From Nitrospirales bacterium (GTDB lineage Bacteria; Nitrospirota; Nitrospiria; Nitrospirales; UBA8639), in contig OY729426.1 in assembly GCA_963422365.1 (NCBI GenBank), positions 928,001 to 992,000 of the forward strand: 64,000 nt of DNA. Direction: 5' to 3'. Shown in pieces: positions 48,681 to 58,091 of this stretch. A program made the translations under genes and the position numbers. The notes beneath the pieces were generated by a model. It was not told where the DNA came from and searched no databases. It saw only the letters and a list, made by a program, of their open reading frames with translations. Position 1 is the first letter of the stretch. Every line of letters begins with the position of its first letter.

Positions 48681-48915
48681 GAGCCTTTTCAATGAGATCA
48701 AGCAGAGAGGCCGAATCGATCAGATCCACACCGGGCATAACTCTGTTCCAGGAACCGAGGCAGGTCAACGGCAGGTCGCTCCGTTGCGCGACATCGGGAC
48801 AGAGACTCGCGGAGAGCGTCCTGAATGACGGCAGTCAGCGTCTTTCCTGTGTCCGCAGCACCCCCCCCTGTAGCTCGGCGAACAGATGGTCATCAATATG
48901 AATTATTGTGCGCAT
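48677..48915 (-). pseudogene. VapB-type antitoxin, frameshifted
   Basis: MRTIIHIDDHLFAEL...GKTLTAVIQDALRESL, then PGVDLIDSASLLDLIE in another frame; overlaps the vapC start. Confidence 0.75.
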
Positions 48916-48951
48916 GCATAAAAATATGCATACCATACATCTTTATGTCAA
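48914..48951 (-). promoter_or_regulatory. vapBC promoter with operator palindrome
   Basis: TTGACA-17-CATATT on the minus strand; ATGCATA-AAAA-TATGCAT inverted repeat at 48914-48931. Confidence 0.6.
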
Positions 48952-49097
48952 CGGTGAATCATTCGCCATGATGCCGACCTGATTGATCGACTCGTGTCTT
49001 CTTCGCCGTCGCCATCGCAACCAGTGCCGTTGGGTCCAGCGATGATAGTGATTTTTCGGTCGGCGTTCATCGTTCGGTGCTGAAGCAGGCGTTGCCT

Positions 49098-49300
49098 TTA
49101 TCGAGAGTGCGGGGTGCAGTAGCCGGATACCAGACCGAGATAGCGCCCGGTCTCGCCCCGGTAGAGCCAGACGATGGCCAGCTGGTTTTGCTCCTGCTCG
49201 GGGCTGAAGTCGTCGATCTTGCGCGTGACTTTGCGATAGACGTTGCGCACGTCGATCATCAGCACCGTGCCGCGGTCAGGATCGAGCGGAAGGTTGAGCC
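49098..49300 (-). pseudogene. hsdM: Type I R-M methyltransferase internal fragment
   Basis: GTVLMIDVRNVYRKVTRKIDDFSPEQ..N.LAIVWLYRGETGRYLGLV. A short IIAGPNG (zeta-toxin-like) fragment follows at about 49020-49070. Confidence 0.7.
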
Positions 49301-49403
49301 GTGCGCCTCGTGACGTTTTTTGCATCAGGGAAACAACGAGACGTTTCTTATTCCCATCAACCACAAGTATCAGCCAAGCGAAACGTCACAACGAGCGCAT
49401 TGC

Positions 49404-50360
49404 TTAGGGCGTATCGGACGGTCCTAGAAATCGCTCGCCATCGAAGTGGATCAAGTGCGATGGGGCTTCGGCCACCCACACCTCGGTTTCCCATGCAATC
49501 TCGCCAAGGTATCGGGCCATCACGGCACGATTCGGGAAAGCAGTTACGTAGACCCGTCCAGCCTTTGCCCCTACAAACAATTGAGCCAACTCAGTGTGTC
49601 GCTTGCCGTCAACAGGTCCGTGACTGGTAACCGCCTCTACCAGCAAAAGCCAGTTGCGAGCAGCATAGTAGAGAACAACGTCTGGCATCTTGCCATGTGA
49701 AGAGACATTGATGCCGAGATTAGCAAGCAGCGACACGTCAAAGTAACCCCATTTGTCGCCGGTGTCTCCGGCATAGATCAGCACGCTACCTGGCGCAAAG
49801 CGCGGTCCAAAGTCCTCAATAATTAACCGGATCAGTTTACTGTGTTCACCGGGACTGAGGGTTATCTTCTTGCTCTCTGCAATCTGCACGGGAATTCGGT
49901 TTTGTTTGCGCTCCTTGGCATACTTGGCGGCCAGTGTCTCATGATGCGAGAGATAATCCATCAACTCGTCGTGCCATGCTTTGGTGCCGAAGCTGCAAAG
50001 CAACGCGAGTGTTGCGGGTTCGATCTGATAGACCGCTTTTGGGCTATTGACTGGTCTGTCAGGCATGTCCGGGTTGTAAAGAGCGATTCCGGCATCCACG
50101 AACTGATGCATCGTCTGCCGACGAAACGTTTCTCGTGTGTTCGGCGCATACTCTTTCCGGTAATGCACCCTTGCCCAATCCATGATCGGGGTCATGCCCA
50201 TAAGGGGATTTTCCGCGCGTGCCCATTTCTTGCGAGGTGTCAAATTCAGCAACGCAAGCAGACAGAGGGCGGAACGTTCATTCTGTTGCGCATGAGGCAA
50301 ACCAAGTGAGACAAGAATGTGATGGGCTTCGGCGATGCGTTTATTGGGGACATTCGTCAT
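49404..50360 (-). CDS. BsuBI/PstI family type II restriction endonuclease
   Basis: QQNERSALCLLAL, YAPNTRETFRRQTMHQF, LSPGEHS, HGKMPDVV...EAVTSHGPVDGKR, IAWETEVW. Confidence 0.95.
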   Translation of the reverse strand: MTNVPNKRIAEAHHILVSLGLPHAQQNERSALCLLALLNLTPRKKWARAENPLMGMTPIMDWARVHYRKEYAPNTRETFRRQTMHQFVDAGIALYNPDMPDRPVNSPKAVYQIEPATLALLCSFGTKAWHDELMDYLSHHETLAAKYAKERKQNRIPVQIAESKKITLSPGEHSKLIRLIIEDFGPRFAPGSVLIYAGDTGDKWGYFDVSLLANLGINVSSHGKMPDVVLYYAARNWLLLVEAVTSHGPVDGKRHTELAQLFVGAKAGRVYVTAFPNRAVMARYLGEIAWETEVWVAEAPSHLIHFDGERFLGPSDTP

Positions 50361-51841
50361 GCGTCTAAACGCTCCAGTCGCTCGTCAATCAGGACTTGAG
50401 TCAGGTCATGGCGCAGAGCCCACTCGCCTAAGGTAATCAGGCTTTCCCTGTTCGGGTACTTTATGAGCCTGAGGTCGGTCGCATTCACCTGAGTATGACC
50501 GTTGAAACGCCGAAAATTTTTATCAATTGCAGGGGCGTTGAGGAATGCGGCTAACCCATATGCCAGCGCTTCCGTCAATCCATGCTTTTCTTCATGAAAC
50601 ACGTTCAGGTGGTTTTCAAAACCCAGCGCTTCGGCATTGGGAAAACTGTCCGGCTTGACGACACTCGCTACGATACGGCGTTGTTCCTCCTTGGAAGAAA
50701 AGCGGCGCACGACGCAATAAAACCCGTTCGGGTACAGCCACTTTTCCGTTTCGGCATTGCGGCAGATCGCATTGGGTTTGTTCAAGTTCCGATTTGGCCA
50801 ATCTGTAGTCTGACCTTTACAGTGGCAGGGATAAAGCAAGGGAACTGTGTCCGCACCCGGCACGTCACGCAGGTGCTCCTTCAACCGAAAATCAACCACG
50901 GGACCGGTCGAGACCTTGATGCCTATATCTTCCAAAGTGCAGCAGATCACTGTTGATCGTTCGATGGTGCTAAATTCCGGTGAGGTTGGCACGTGTATGA
51001 ATCGCTCGGGGTCTCCGGGAAACACGATGCGATCGAAAGAGTACCGGTTCGTCTCCATATCGGCGAAGCCGGCATCGGTCGAGGTCGTCACCGTCACGTT
51101 GCCTTGGCGGGTCCCACGCTCCAACGTGATGATGACGTTCTCCTGCAACACTTCATCGTCCTTAAAGGCCTTGTTTCTGGATGCGAACAGGTGCATTTGT
51201 CGGATCGCCGCACGTTTCAGAACATAGTCACGGAAGGGACGGTAATACGGGCCATTACAGAAACTCCGCGGTACGATTGCGACAAGTTGACCGTGATCCT
51301 CCAGCAAGGATAAAGATAAGGCCACAAACGCTGAATACAGATTGACGGTTTCAATGCCGACTCGCCGCAATGCCGAACGGTATGGAGAGTTGCTCCGTAT
51401 CTTTTTGTACGGCGGGTTCAGGATGGCGTGCGTGTATCGTGGAAGAGTCTTGGCAAAGAGATTCCCAGAGAGCGAATCTACGGAAGCATGTACAAAGTCG
51501 TCACCCCGAATGGTAGGGACAACATTTTGATGCCGACTGTATTCACCTAGCGACTCTACTAAATAGGGATGTAGGCATTCGTCGATCTCGAACGCATCGA
51601 CTTCGACACGCCGGAAATCGAAGCCACCAGAAGCCCACCTTTCCAAAAAGGCGACAGCAAGAGAACCGATGCCGGCCCCAGCATCGAGCAGACGGCAGGT
51701 GTCCAGCGGTCTTTGAAGAAACAATCCCGCCATAAATCGAGCAATTTCCGCTGGTGTGAAAAACTGCCCATACTGTGCCTTCCTCGTTGGATCGATGGTT
51801 TTGGCCACCGTCAGCCTTAATCGTTCAACTTCTGGAAGCAA
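50357..51841 (-). CDS. N6-adenine DNA methyltransferase of BsuBI/PstI type (gamma class)
   Basis: TTG start with SD AGGAGG; GQFFTP, LLDAGAGIG, ILNPPY, PRSFCNGPYY, STGPVVDFR, FENHLN, FNGHTQVNATDL. Confidence 0.95.
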   Translation of the reverse strand: MLPEVERLRLTVAKTIDPTRKAQYGQFFTPAEIARFMAGLFLQRPLDTCRLLDAGAGIGSLAVAFLERWASGGFDFRRVEVDAFEIDECLHPYLVESLGEYSRHQNVVPTIRGDDFVHASVDSLSGNLFAKTLPRYTHAILNPPYKKIRSNSPYRSALRRVGIETVNLYSAFVALSLSLLEDHGQLVAIVPRSFCNGPYYRPFRDYVLKRAAIRQMHLFASRNKAFKDDEVLQENVIITLERGTRQGNVTVTTSTDAGFADMETNRYSFDRIVFPGDPERFIHVPTSPEFSTIERSTVICCTLEDIGIKVSTGPVVDFRLKEHLRDVPGADTVPLLYPCHCKGQTTDWPNRNLNKPNAICRNAETEKWLYPNGFYCVVRRFSSKEEQRRIVASVVKPDSFPNAEALGFENHLNVFHEEKHGLTEALAYGLAAFLNAPAIDKNFRRFNGHTQVNATDLRLIKYPNRESLITLGEWALRHDLTQVLIDERLERLDA

Positions 51842-51908
51842 AGGTCTGCCTCCTGTTTCGTGCCCGAACGTTACCGATGACGAAGTTACTCTAGATCGAC
51901 TTGTTGCC

Positions 51909-52823
51909 CTATTCGTCGGAAAAATAATCGGAATCGATTCTTTTCAATTCATACGTGGTCTTGATCGTCACTCCGACTCCATAGTCGATCATGAGTTCGG
52001 CGAGCCGAGTTCCCTCAATCAGTATGATCTTCGTCTCGATGTTGTCTGCGTATTCCATCGCTTCATGAGAGAACGTGGACGTTGTCATGAAGACTCCTTT
52101 TCGCGCTCGTTGCCCCTGTAAGGCGCCCGCAAACTTCTGAACCTCGGGTCTTCCGACGACGCCTTCCCAGCGTTTGGCCTGAACATAGATGATATCCAGT
52201 CCCAGACGATCTTCCTTGATGATCCCGTCGATGCCCTCATCTCCAGAACGACCAATGGACTGTCCGGCTTCTTGTCGCGAGCCCCCGTATCCCATACGGA
52301 CGAGCAGGTCCACGACAAGACGCTCAAAGAACTCTGGAGGAGATTTCTTGACTGTCCCCAGAATGTCAGCGGCAAGGTTCTCTCGAAGTGTCTGGTAGGC
52401 TGACTCCAGGTTTTCCTCCGGAGTGTCTTCAGAAATCCCGTCGCCGGATCCCCTGGCACCACCTTCGGTGGTCTTCTTGCGGCGCTGCTGGAAAACTCTG
52501 AACTCCTCGAACTGCTTGAGGAATTCTCTGTTGAGCGTATGGGGCTTCTGAGCGAGGACCTGTCGTCCACGTTCGGTGATGCGAAAGGATCCTCTCTCCG
52601 GGGATTCCAGGAGACAGGCCTTTATCATATAGGCTCGCGCCCAACTGACCCGATTGACAAATGTCGATTGTCTGCCACTCGGCAAGAGTTCCTGTTTCTC
52701 ATCGTCCGTCAGCTCGAAACGTAGCGCAAGCCGATCAACCGCTTCGCGGGCTTGGTGCATTTCGCCGTCGTCGGTGAACTCCAGCAGAGGCAACATGATG
52801 GATTGGTAGTCAGGAATGGCTAT
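51909..52823 (-). CDS. mrr: Mrr type IV restriction endonuclease (expected start codon reads ATA)
   Basis: (ATA)AIPDYQSIMLPLL, LPSGRQ..FVNRVSWAR, FFERLVVDLL..MGYG, GDEGIDG..EDRLGLD.IYVQAKRW. Confidence 0.92.
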   Translation of the reverse strand: MAIPDYQSIMLPLLEFTDDGEMHQAREAVDRLALRFELTDDEKQELLPSGRQSTFVNRVSWARAYMIKACLLESPERGSFRITERGRQVLAQKPHTLNREFLKQFEEFRVFQQRRKKTTEGGARGSGDGISEDTPEENLESAYQTLRENLAADILGTVKKSPPEFFERLVVDLLVRMGYGGSRQEAGQSIGRSGDEGIDGIIKEDRLGLDIIYVQAKRWEGVVGRPEVQKFAGALQGQRARKGVFMTTSTFSHEAMEYADNIETKIILIEGTRLAELMIDYGVGVTIKTTYELKRIDSDYFSDE

Positions 52824-52940
52824 GTGTTCCCTCGCGAAGTCTCAGGATGTACAAGTCGACTGGCGGGTATCCGTAGCAGACCGAGTGCAGGTACGATGTC
52901 GTTGCCTGATCTCGGGAGTAAAATGAAAGTCCGATGGTGC

Positions 52941-53267
52941 TCAGTCGGCTTGGGTGGGCCAAAATTTATAGCGGATTTGAGGTAACTGTTTGCCCTCGAA
53001 GTTTGGAATGTCGTACAGGCACCGATCGATGGTGGCGACCTCTTTCTTCGTAAATTCAAACACTTTCGATATTTTCCAGAATTTATCAAAAGTAAAATAA
53101 TCCCCTTTTTCCGGCTTTTCAGCCAGAGCGGCCTGCATGTGTTGAAAGCCGTCGGTATCCACGTCCGGAATCCGGCCGTTATTTTTGTATACACACCATT
53201 TCAGGATCTCGGCGACTCCATACATGGTGAGCTCAATTTTGATTTTCTCCGACTGTGTTTCTGCCAT
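52941..53267 (-). CDS. Conserved hypothetical protein
   Basis: SD GGAGGAGG; 108-aa ORF. Confidence 0.75.
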   Translation of the reverse strand: MAETQSEKIKIELTMYGVAEILKWCVYKNNGRIPDVDTDGFQHMQAALAEKPEKGDYFTFDKFWKISKVFEFTKKEVATIDRCLYDIPNFEGKQLPQIRYKFWPTQAD

Positions 53268-53537
53268 TGTTAGCCTCCTCCTTCCAAAGAAGAAATCTAT
53301 AGCACATTTTCCTGAAACTCTTCCAGTCGTTTAATCAGGAAATGACAAGAATTTACTGAAATATCGTGTGTAGCGAGCAGAAATTTGTTCAAAATGTCTG
53401 AAGGAATACCGGTGATCCTTGAATAACCTGTTGTGTCGCTTAGCCAACACCTCGTATACTATTTCATTTTTTGAGTATCTGATAACGACCTCAGGGCCAT
53501 GAGCCTTGGATTTTGGCTTTGCAAGAGGGGTTCCGAA

Positions 53538-54722
53538 GTGTCCTTTCCCATCCTTGTGGCAGGCAACAAGCTCCGTTCCCTCACGCTTTGCGGGTTACTG
53601 CTTCTGCCTGGGTGCTCTCCCCAAGATCCCTATGTTCCCCCTGATCTGCTCTATCTCTTTGCCAGTTATGAAGTGGGGAAGAATCCAACCGCCATTCAAT
53701 CTGGGGACTTTAATCAGGATGGATTTTCGGACTTGGTGACCAGCAATATTTCGGCGAATACGCTGTCCCTCTTATTCGGGAATGGTGATGGGAGCTTTCA
53801 AGCCCAAGTGTCCATTCGAGTGTGTAAGGAACCCCGGAATTTGGCCGTCCAAGATTTCAACGGCGATAGGCATCAGGACTTGGCTATCGCGTGTTCCGGG
53901 AGTAATCAAGTCGCCATTTTTAAGGGGCAGGGTTCTGGGATCTTTGAGAAAGACGCGCTGTATCCCGTCAACCGAACTCCAGTGTCCATTGCCAGTGGGG
54001 ATTTCAATAGTGACCAACACGGAGATTTGGTGGTGGCCCTGCGAAATGATAAGCTGCAACTGTTGTTCGGAAATGGAAAAGGGAAATTTCGTATTGGGCC
54101 ATTATATGAATATGGTGATACACCCACCGCAGTGGCCACCGCTGATTTCAACCAGGACGGGCACTTGGATTTGGCAGTCACGAATGGCGGGCCGATGAGC
54201 AACGCCGTCTCGATTTGGTTGGGAGAGGGAGACGGTACCTTTCTCCTTCCTACCGATTATCGAACGGGCAAGCGGCCCTTATCCGTTTCCTGTGCCGACT
54301 TTAACAATGACGGTGCTTGGGATCTCCTAGTGGTGAACGGTCAAATGAACACCGTCACCGTCTTTTTAGGAAATGGAGACGGGACCTTTCAAGAAGGGAT
54401 TGATTCAGGCGGCGACGCCGGTCCCATGCATGGATTGGCCCAAGATTTTGACGGGGATGATATTCCGGATGCGGCTATTGTGAATATTCAATCAGGCAGC
54501 ATCTCGGTCTTGTTTGGGAAAGGAGATGGCTCATTTCATTATCCTCCGCGTCATTATCGTACTCCCCGTGGGCCCTTTGCCTTAACAACGCTGACTATCG
54601 CCCAGGGCCGAGACGAAGAACCCGGCTTAGCGGTCGTCAATAATTCGGAAAATAGTGTGTCGATTTTTCTGCATCATGGGTTGAAATTCCGGGAACAGAT
54701 CAAGGAGTTGACCTCCACCTGA
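53538..54722 (+). CDS. FG-GAP/VCBS-repeat beta-propeller lipoprotein
   Basis: LPGC lipobox; six repeats of (G/A/Q)DF(N/D)xDxxxD...GxGxG.F. GTG start after GAGGGG (ORF track start 53499). Confidence 0.88.
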   Translation: MSFPILVAGNKLRSLTLCGLLLLPGCSPQDPYVPPDLLYLFASYEVGKNPTAIQSGDFNQDGFSDLVTSNISANTLSLLFGNGDGSFQAQVSIRVCKEPRNLAVQDFNGDRHQDLAIACSGSNQVAIFKGQGSGIFEKDALYPVNRTPVSIASGDFNSDQHGDLVVALRNDKLQLLFGNGKGKFRIGPLYEYGDTPTAVATADFNQDGHLDLAVTNGGPMSNAVSIWLGEGDGTFLLPTDYRTGKRPLSVSCADFNNDGAWDLLVVNGQMNTVTVFLGNGDGTFQEGIDSGGDAGPMHGLAQDFDGDDIPDAAIVNIQSGSISVLFGKGDGSFHYPPRHYRTPRGPFALTTLTIAQGRDEEPGLAVVNNSENSVSIFLHHGLKFREQIKELTST

Positions 54723-54778
54723 CCGAGCGGTGTGGATGATTGGAGAAAGACGGCGGAAACACCCGGCGGGAAGTGATC

Positions 54779-54961
54779 ATGGAATGTCTCAAGTGTCAGG
54801 GGCTGATGCTGGTGGAACAACACTACACCACCGTGAACAGACGCCTCTACGCCAGATGCCTGAATTGCGGGTTTTGGTTTGATTTGGTGGACGTGCTCAG
54901 ATTTTTTTATCGAGTCGTTCGAAATGGCTATCGCGGAGCAAAAATCCGAGAAACGCTGTAA
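54779..54961 (+). CDS. Small zinc-ribbon protein
   Basis: MECLKCQGLM...RCLNCG. Confidence 0.6.
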   Translation: MECLKCQGLMLVEQHYTTVNRRLYARCLNCGFWFDLVDVLRFFYRVVRNGYRGAKIRETL

Positions 54962-55056
54962 GTGTTCAGATGGTCACCCTCCTTCATCCGTGGAGTCCAT
55001 CCTTTTCGTAGTCTTGCCGAGCGGACCGCCTCTCCTCTTCAAGCATCGTAAGCGTG

Positions 55057-55662
55057 CTACGGCTTTGAGAGAATTTTCAACCCTTCCCGAATCAATGCAT
55101 CGAGTGAGGTCGGGGGAGGACTCGTTCGGCTCACTTGGTCGATGGCATTTTTGACATCGCGATGCCGGTACCCCAGGTTGACCAGCGCTGAAAGCGCATC
55201 GTTTTGAGGGGCTTGAAACGATGCCGGCGTATCGCTCGCATCCCGTGCTCCATCCTCAAGGTCGGCGAGTTTATCTTTGAGTTCCAGGACAATGCGGCCT
55301 GCGGATTTTTTTCCGATTCCCGGAACCGACGCGAGTTTCTCTATGTCATCTGCGAGAATGGCCCCACGCAGGTCGGCAATTTTTAAGGCAGACAAGACAC
55401 TTAAGGCCAATTTCCCGCCCACGCCGGAAATTTTGGTCAGCAAGGTAAAGGCCGTTTTTTCAGCGGGTGTCAGGAACCCGAATAATTGGATAGAATCTTC
55501 TCGCAGATGGGTGAAGATATGAAGCGTCAGGGGTGCGTGAAGATCGGGTAGGGCGAAATAGGTGCTGAGTGGGATGAGCACCTCATAGCCCACTCCGTTG
55601 ACGTCGATAATGAGCCGTGAAGGGTCTTTGGCCGCTAATATCCCCGTCAAGTTGGCAATCAT
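55057..55662 (-). CDS. ruvA: Holliday junction branch migration protein RuvA
   Basis: DVNGVGYEV, HLREDSIQLFGF, ISGVGGKLAL, VPGIGKKSAGRIVLELKDK, ALVNLGY. Confidence 0.97.
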   Translation of the reverse strand: MIANLTGILAAKDPSRLIIDVNGVGYEVLIPLSTYFALPDLHAPLTLHIFTHLREDSIQLFGFLTPAEKTAFTLLTKISGVGGKLALSVLSALKIADLRGAILADDIEKLASVPGIGKKSAGRIVLELKDKLADLEDGARDASDTPASFQAPQNDALSALVNLGYRHRDVKNAIDQVSRTSPPPTSLDALIREGLKILSKP

Positions 55663-55691
55663 GAAACGGTATCACGTGAGAGGTACAATGG

Positions 55692-56447
55692 TTAACCGGA
55701 TGCCGCGACTTTTTCCATCATGTCATCCGGAATGTTAAAGTTGGCATGAACTTTTTGCACATCATCTTGGTCGTCCAGGATTTCCATCAATTTTAACATT
55801 TGCTCGGCCGCTTTTTCTTCGAGACGGATTTGATTCTGAGAGAGATAGGTGATTTCAGCCACAGATGTTTGAATGTTGGCCTGTTGCAGGGCAGCCTTTA
55901 CCGTTTCAAAGTCTGATAGTTCCGTGGTAATTTCAAAGCTGCTGCCGGATTTTTTGACATCCTCCGCTCCAGCCTCCAGGACGATCCCCAGTAGCTGGTC
56001 TTCATCGGTCGATGGCCCTTCCGTGACCAAGAGACCTTTCTGGTGAAACTGCCATGCAACCGAACCCGCTTCGGCCATGGTCCCATGATTTTTCCCCAGC
56101 ATGTTTCGAATTTCCGAAACCGTGCGGTTACGATTGTCCGTCATGATCTCGATGAGGATTCCGGTTCCGCCGGGTCCGTAGCCTTCAAGGGTGAATTCCT
56201 CATAATTGATGCCAGGCAGTTCCCCTGTGCCTCGCTGCATGGCGCGTTTAATGGTATCGGCCGGCATGTTGGCCTCTTTGGCTTTGGCAATACAGGTACG
56301 AAGGGTCGGGTTCGCATCGGAATCTCCACCGCCCACGCGGGCTGCCACGGTGATTTCGCGGATCAGCTTGGTGAAAATTTTTCCGCGTTTGGCATCGACC
56401 CCGGCTTTATGACGTTTGATTGTCGACCAATGACTATGACCGCCCAT
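55692..56447 (-). CDS. yebC: YebC/PmpR family protein
   Basis: MGGHSHWSTIKRHK, EGYGPGG, TDNRNRT, DDVQKVHAN. Confidence 0.96.
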   Translation of the reverse strand: MGGHSHWSTIKRHKAGVDAKRGKIFTKLIREITVAARVGGGDSDANPTLRTCIAKAKEANMPADTIKRAMQRGTGELPGINYEEFTLEGYGPGGTGILIEIMTDNRNRTVSEIRNMLGKNHGTMAEAGSVAWQFHQKGLLVTEGPSTDEDQLLGIVLEAGAEDVKKSGSSFEITTELSDFETVKAALQQANIQTSVAEITYLSQNQIRLEEKAAEQMLKLMEILDDQDDVQKVHANFNIPDDMMEKVAASG

Positions 56448-56689
56448 GCTATCGTTTCCTCATATCATGTGGACAAAACAGGCGATTTCTCCTGATTTTT
56501 CAAGGAAAAATTCGACTGGCTTTTATCATAGGGTATCCAGTCGTGTCAATGAGGTTATACGTAATAAATAATAGGTAATAATACTCTTTATTTTGTTGCT
56601 CACGCGAGAACGGCAATGAGTGCCACTTCATTCGGCACGAGGCACAAGGGGAAGTTGCGTGAAGGCAGAGAGGATGGTAAGGAAACGCT

Positions 56690-57664
56690 ATGAGAGTTGT
56701 CTTTATGGGAACTCCTGCTTTTGCCGTACCGTCCCTAGAAGCCCTGGACAAGTCGGACTATGAGGTGGTAGGCGTGGTCACGCAGCCTGATCGCCCCAAG
56801 GGAAGAGGACAGACGGTCGTGCCTTCCCCTGTGAAAGAACTGGCGTTGGCAAAAGGGTTCCCTGTGAGTCAACCGACGAAAATGAAAAGTCCGGATTTTT
56901 TGCAGCAACTCTCCGATTGGAGGCCGGATGTCATTGCCGTGACGGCGTTTGGCCGGATCCTTCCCAAGGCGATTTTGGATCTCCCTCCCCTAGGCTGCGT
57001 CAATGTCCATGGTTCCTTGTTACCCGCATATCGGGGAGCCGCCCCGGTTCAGTGGGCGCTCATTCATGGGGATTCGGAAACAGGGATTACCACGATGTTC
57101 ATGGATGAAGGGATGGATACGGGTGCCGTGCTGCTTCAACAAACGGTCTCGATTAAACCTGAAGAGACCGCCTTGGAGTTAGGCGCCCGATTGGCGAAGG
57201 TCGGCGGCGCGCTCTTAGTGGAAACGCTTGAACGGTTGGCGGAGCATTCGGTCATTCCTCACGCGCAAGATCAGACTCAAGCGACGTTAGCCCCATTGTT
57301 GAAAAAAGAGGATGGACTGATCAATTGGGCTCAATCAGCCGCAGAGATTGCCTATAGGATTCGTGGCCTTTCCCCTTGGCCAGGATCCTACACCTTTCAT
57401 CATGAGCATCGCCTGATCATTTGGAAAGGTCGTGTCGATGCACAAGGGGGACAGGGAAGGAGCGATGGACAACAGCCGGGGACCATCCTGGCCGTGGGAT
57501 CCCAATCCTTTTGGGTCGAGACGGGTGCAGGCAGGCTAGAAGTACTGGAAGTCCAACCTGCGAATAAACAACGCATGTTCGTGGAACAGTTTCTTCAAGG
57601 GCATTCGCTCCACGTGCATGAGAGGCTCGGCCCCAGGCCGGAGGGTCGTGAGGCCCATCCTTAA
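56690..57664 (+). CDS. fmt: Methionyl-tRNA formyltransferase
   Basis: FMGTPAFA, VVTQPDRPKGRG, NVHGSLLPAYRGAAP, MDEGMDTG. Confidence 0.97.
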   Translation: MRVVFMGTPAFAVPSLEALDKSDYEVVGVVTQPDRPKGRGQTVVPSPVKELALAKGFPVSQPTKMKSPDFLQQLSDWRPDVIAVTAFGRILPKAILDLPPLGCVNVHGSLLPAYRGAAPVQWALIHGDSETGITTMFMDEGMDTGAVLLQQTVSIKPEETALELGARLAKVGGALLVETLERLAEHSVIPHAQDQTQATLAPLLKKEDGLINWAQSAAEIAYRIRGLSPWPGSYTFHHEHRLIIWKGRVDAQGGQGRSDGQQPGTILAVGSQSFWVETGAGRLEVLEVQPANKQRMFVEQFLQGHSLHVHERLGPRPEGREAHP

Positions 57665-57732
57665 CAGCGCATGGAGCTTGTGGTATCTTGTGAGAACGTG
57701 ACACCGATGTCGAGGCCGAAATCGAGGCTAGT

Positions 57733-58077
57733 ATGAATGACCAAACCAGGCAAGCAGTAGAATTGATTGCGAAGCAAATACAGGAACTCAAAATCATTCA
57801 ACCGCATTTGGTGCAAGCCGTAAACGCGGTGTTGGCAAAAGAACAATTTTACAAATGGAAAAAACAAGTGGTGACGCTGGTGGGAGAAAGAATCGGAGCC
57901 GGCTACCAAAAACGATTGTCCAAAGATTGGTTGGAAACGGCTTTTGCCGGGGCCGATATGTATGATGAATTGAGTGATGATGTCGAAATGTGTCTTCGCC
58001 ATCTGTACAAACTCTCCCAGGAAATTGAAACCCAGGGCCTTCAAGGCCCCGATTCAGTCAAGACCCCCTCAACCTGA
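57733..58077 (+). CDS. Hypothetical protein
   Basis: SD GAGG; 114-aa ORF between fmt and rsmA. Confidence 0.7.
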   Translation: MNDQTRQAVELIAKQIQELKIIQPHLVQAVNAVLAKEQFYKWKKQVVTLVGERIGAGYQKRLSKDWLETAFAGADMYDELSDDVEMCLRHLYKLSQEIETQGLQGPDSVKTPST

Positions 58078-58091
58078 TTCGACGTGGGACA

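Noticed and set aside
48103..48828. 241-aa plus-strand ORF
   Set aside because: Antisense shadow of the vapBC and YhcG remnants; no recognisable motifs.
53538..54722. Novel repeat protein
   Set aside because: The repeats are ordinary FG-GAP/VCBS motifs.
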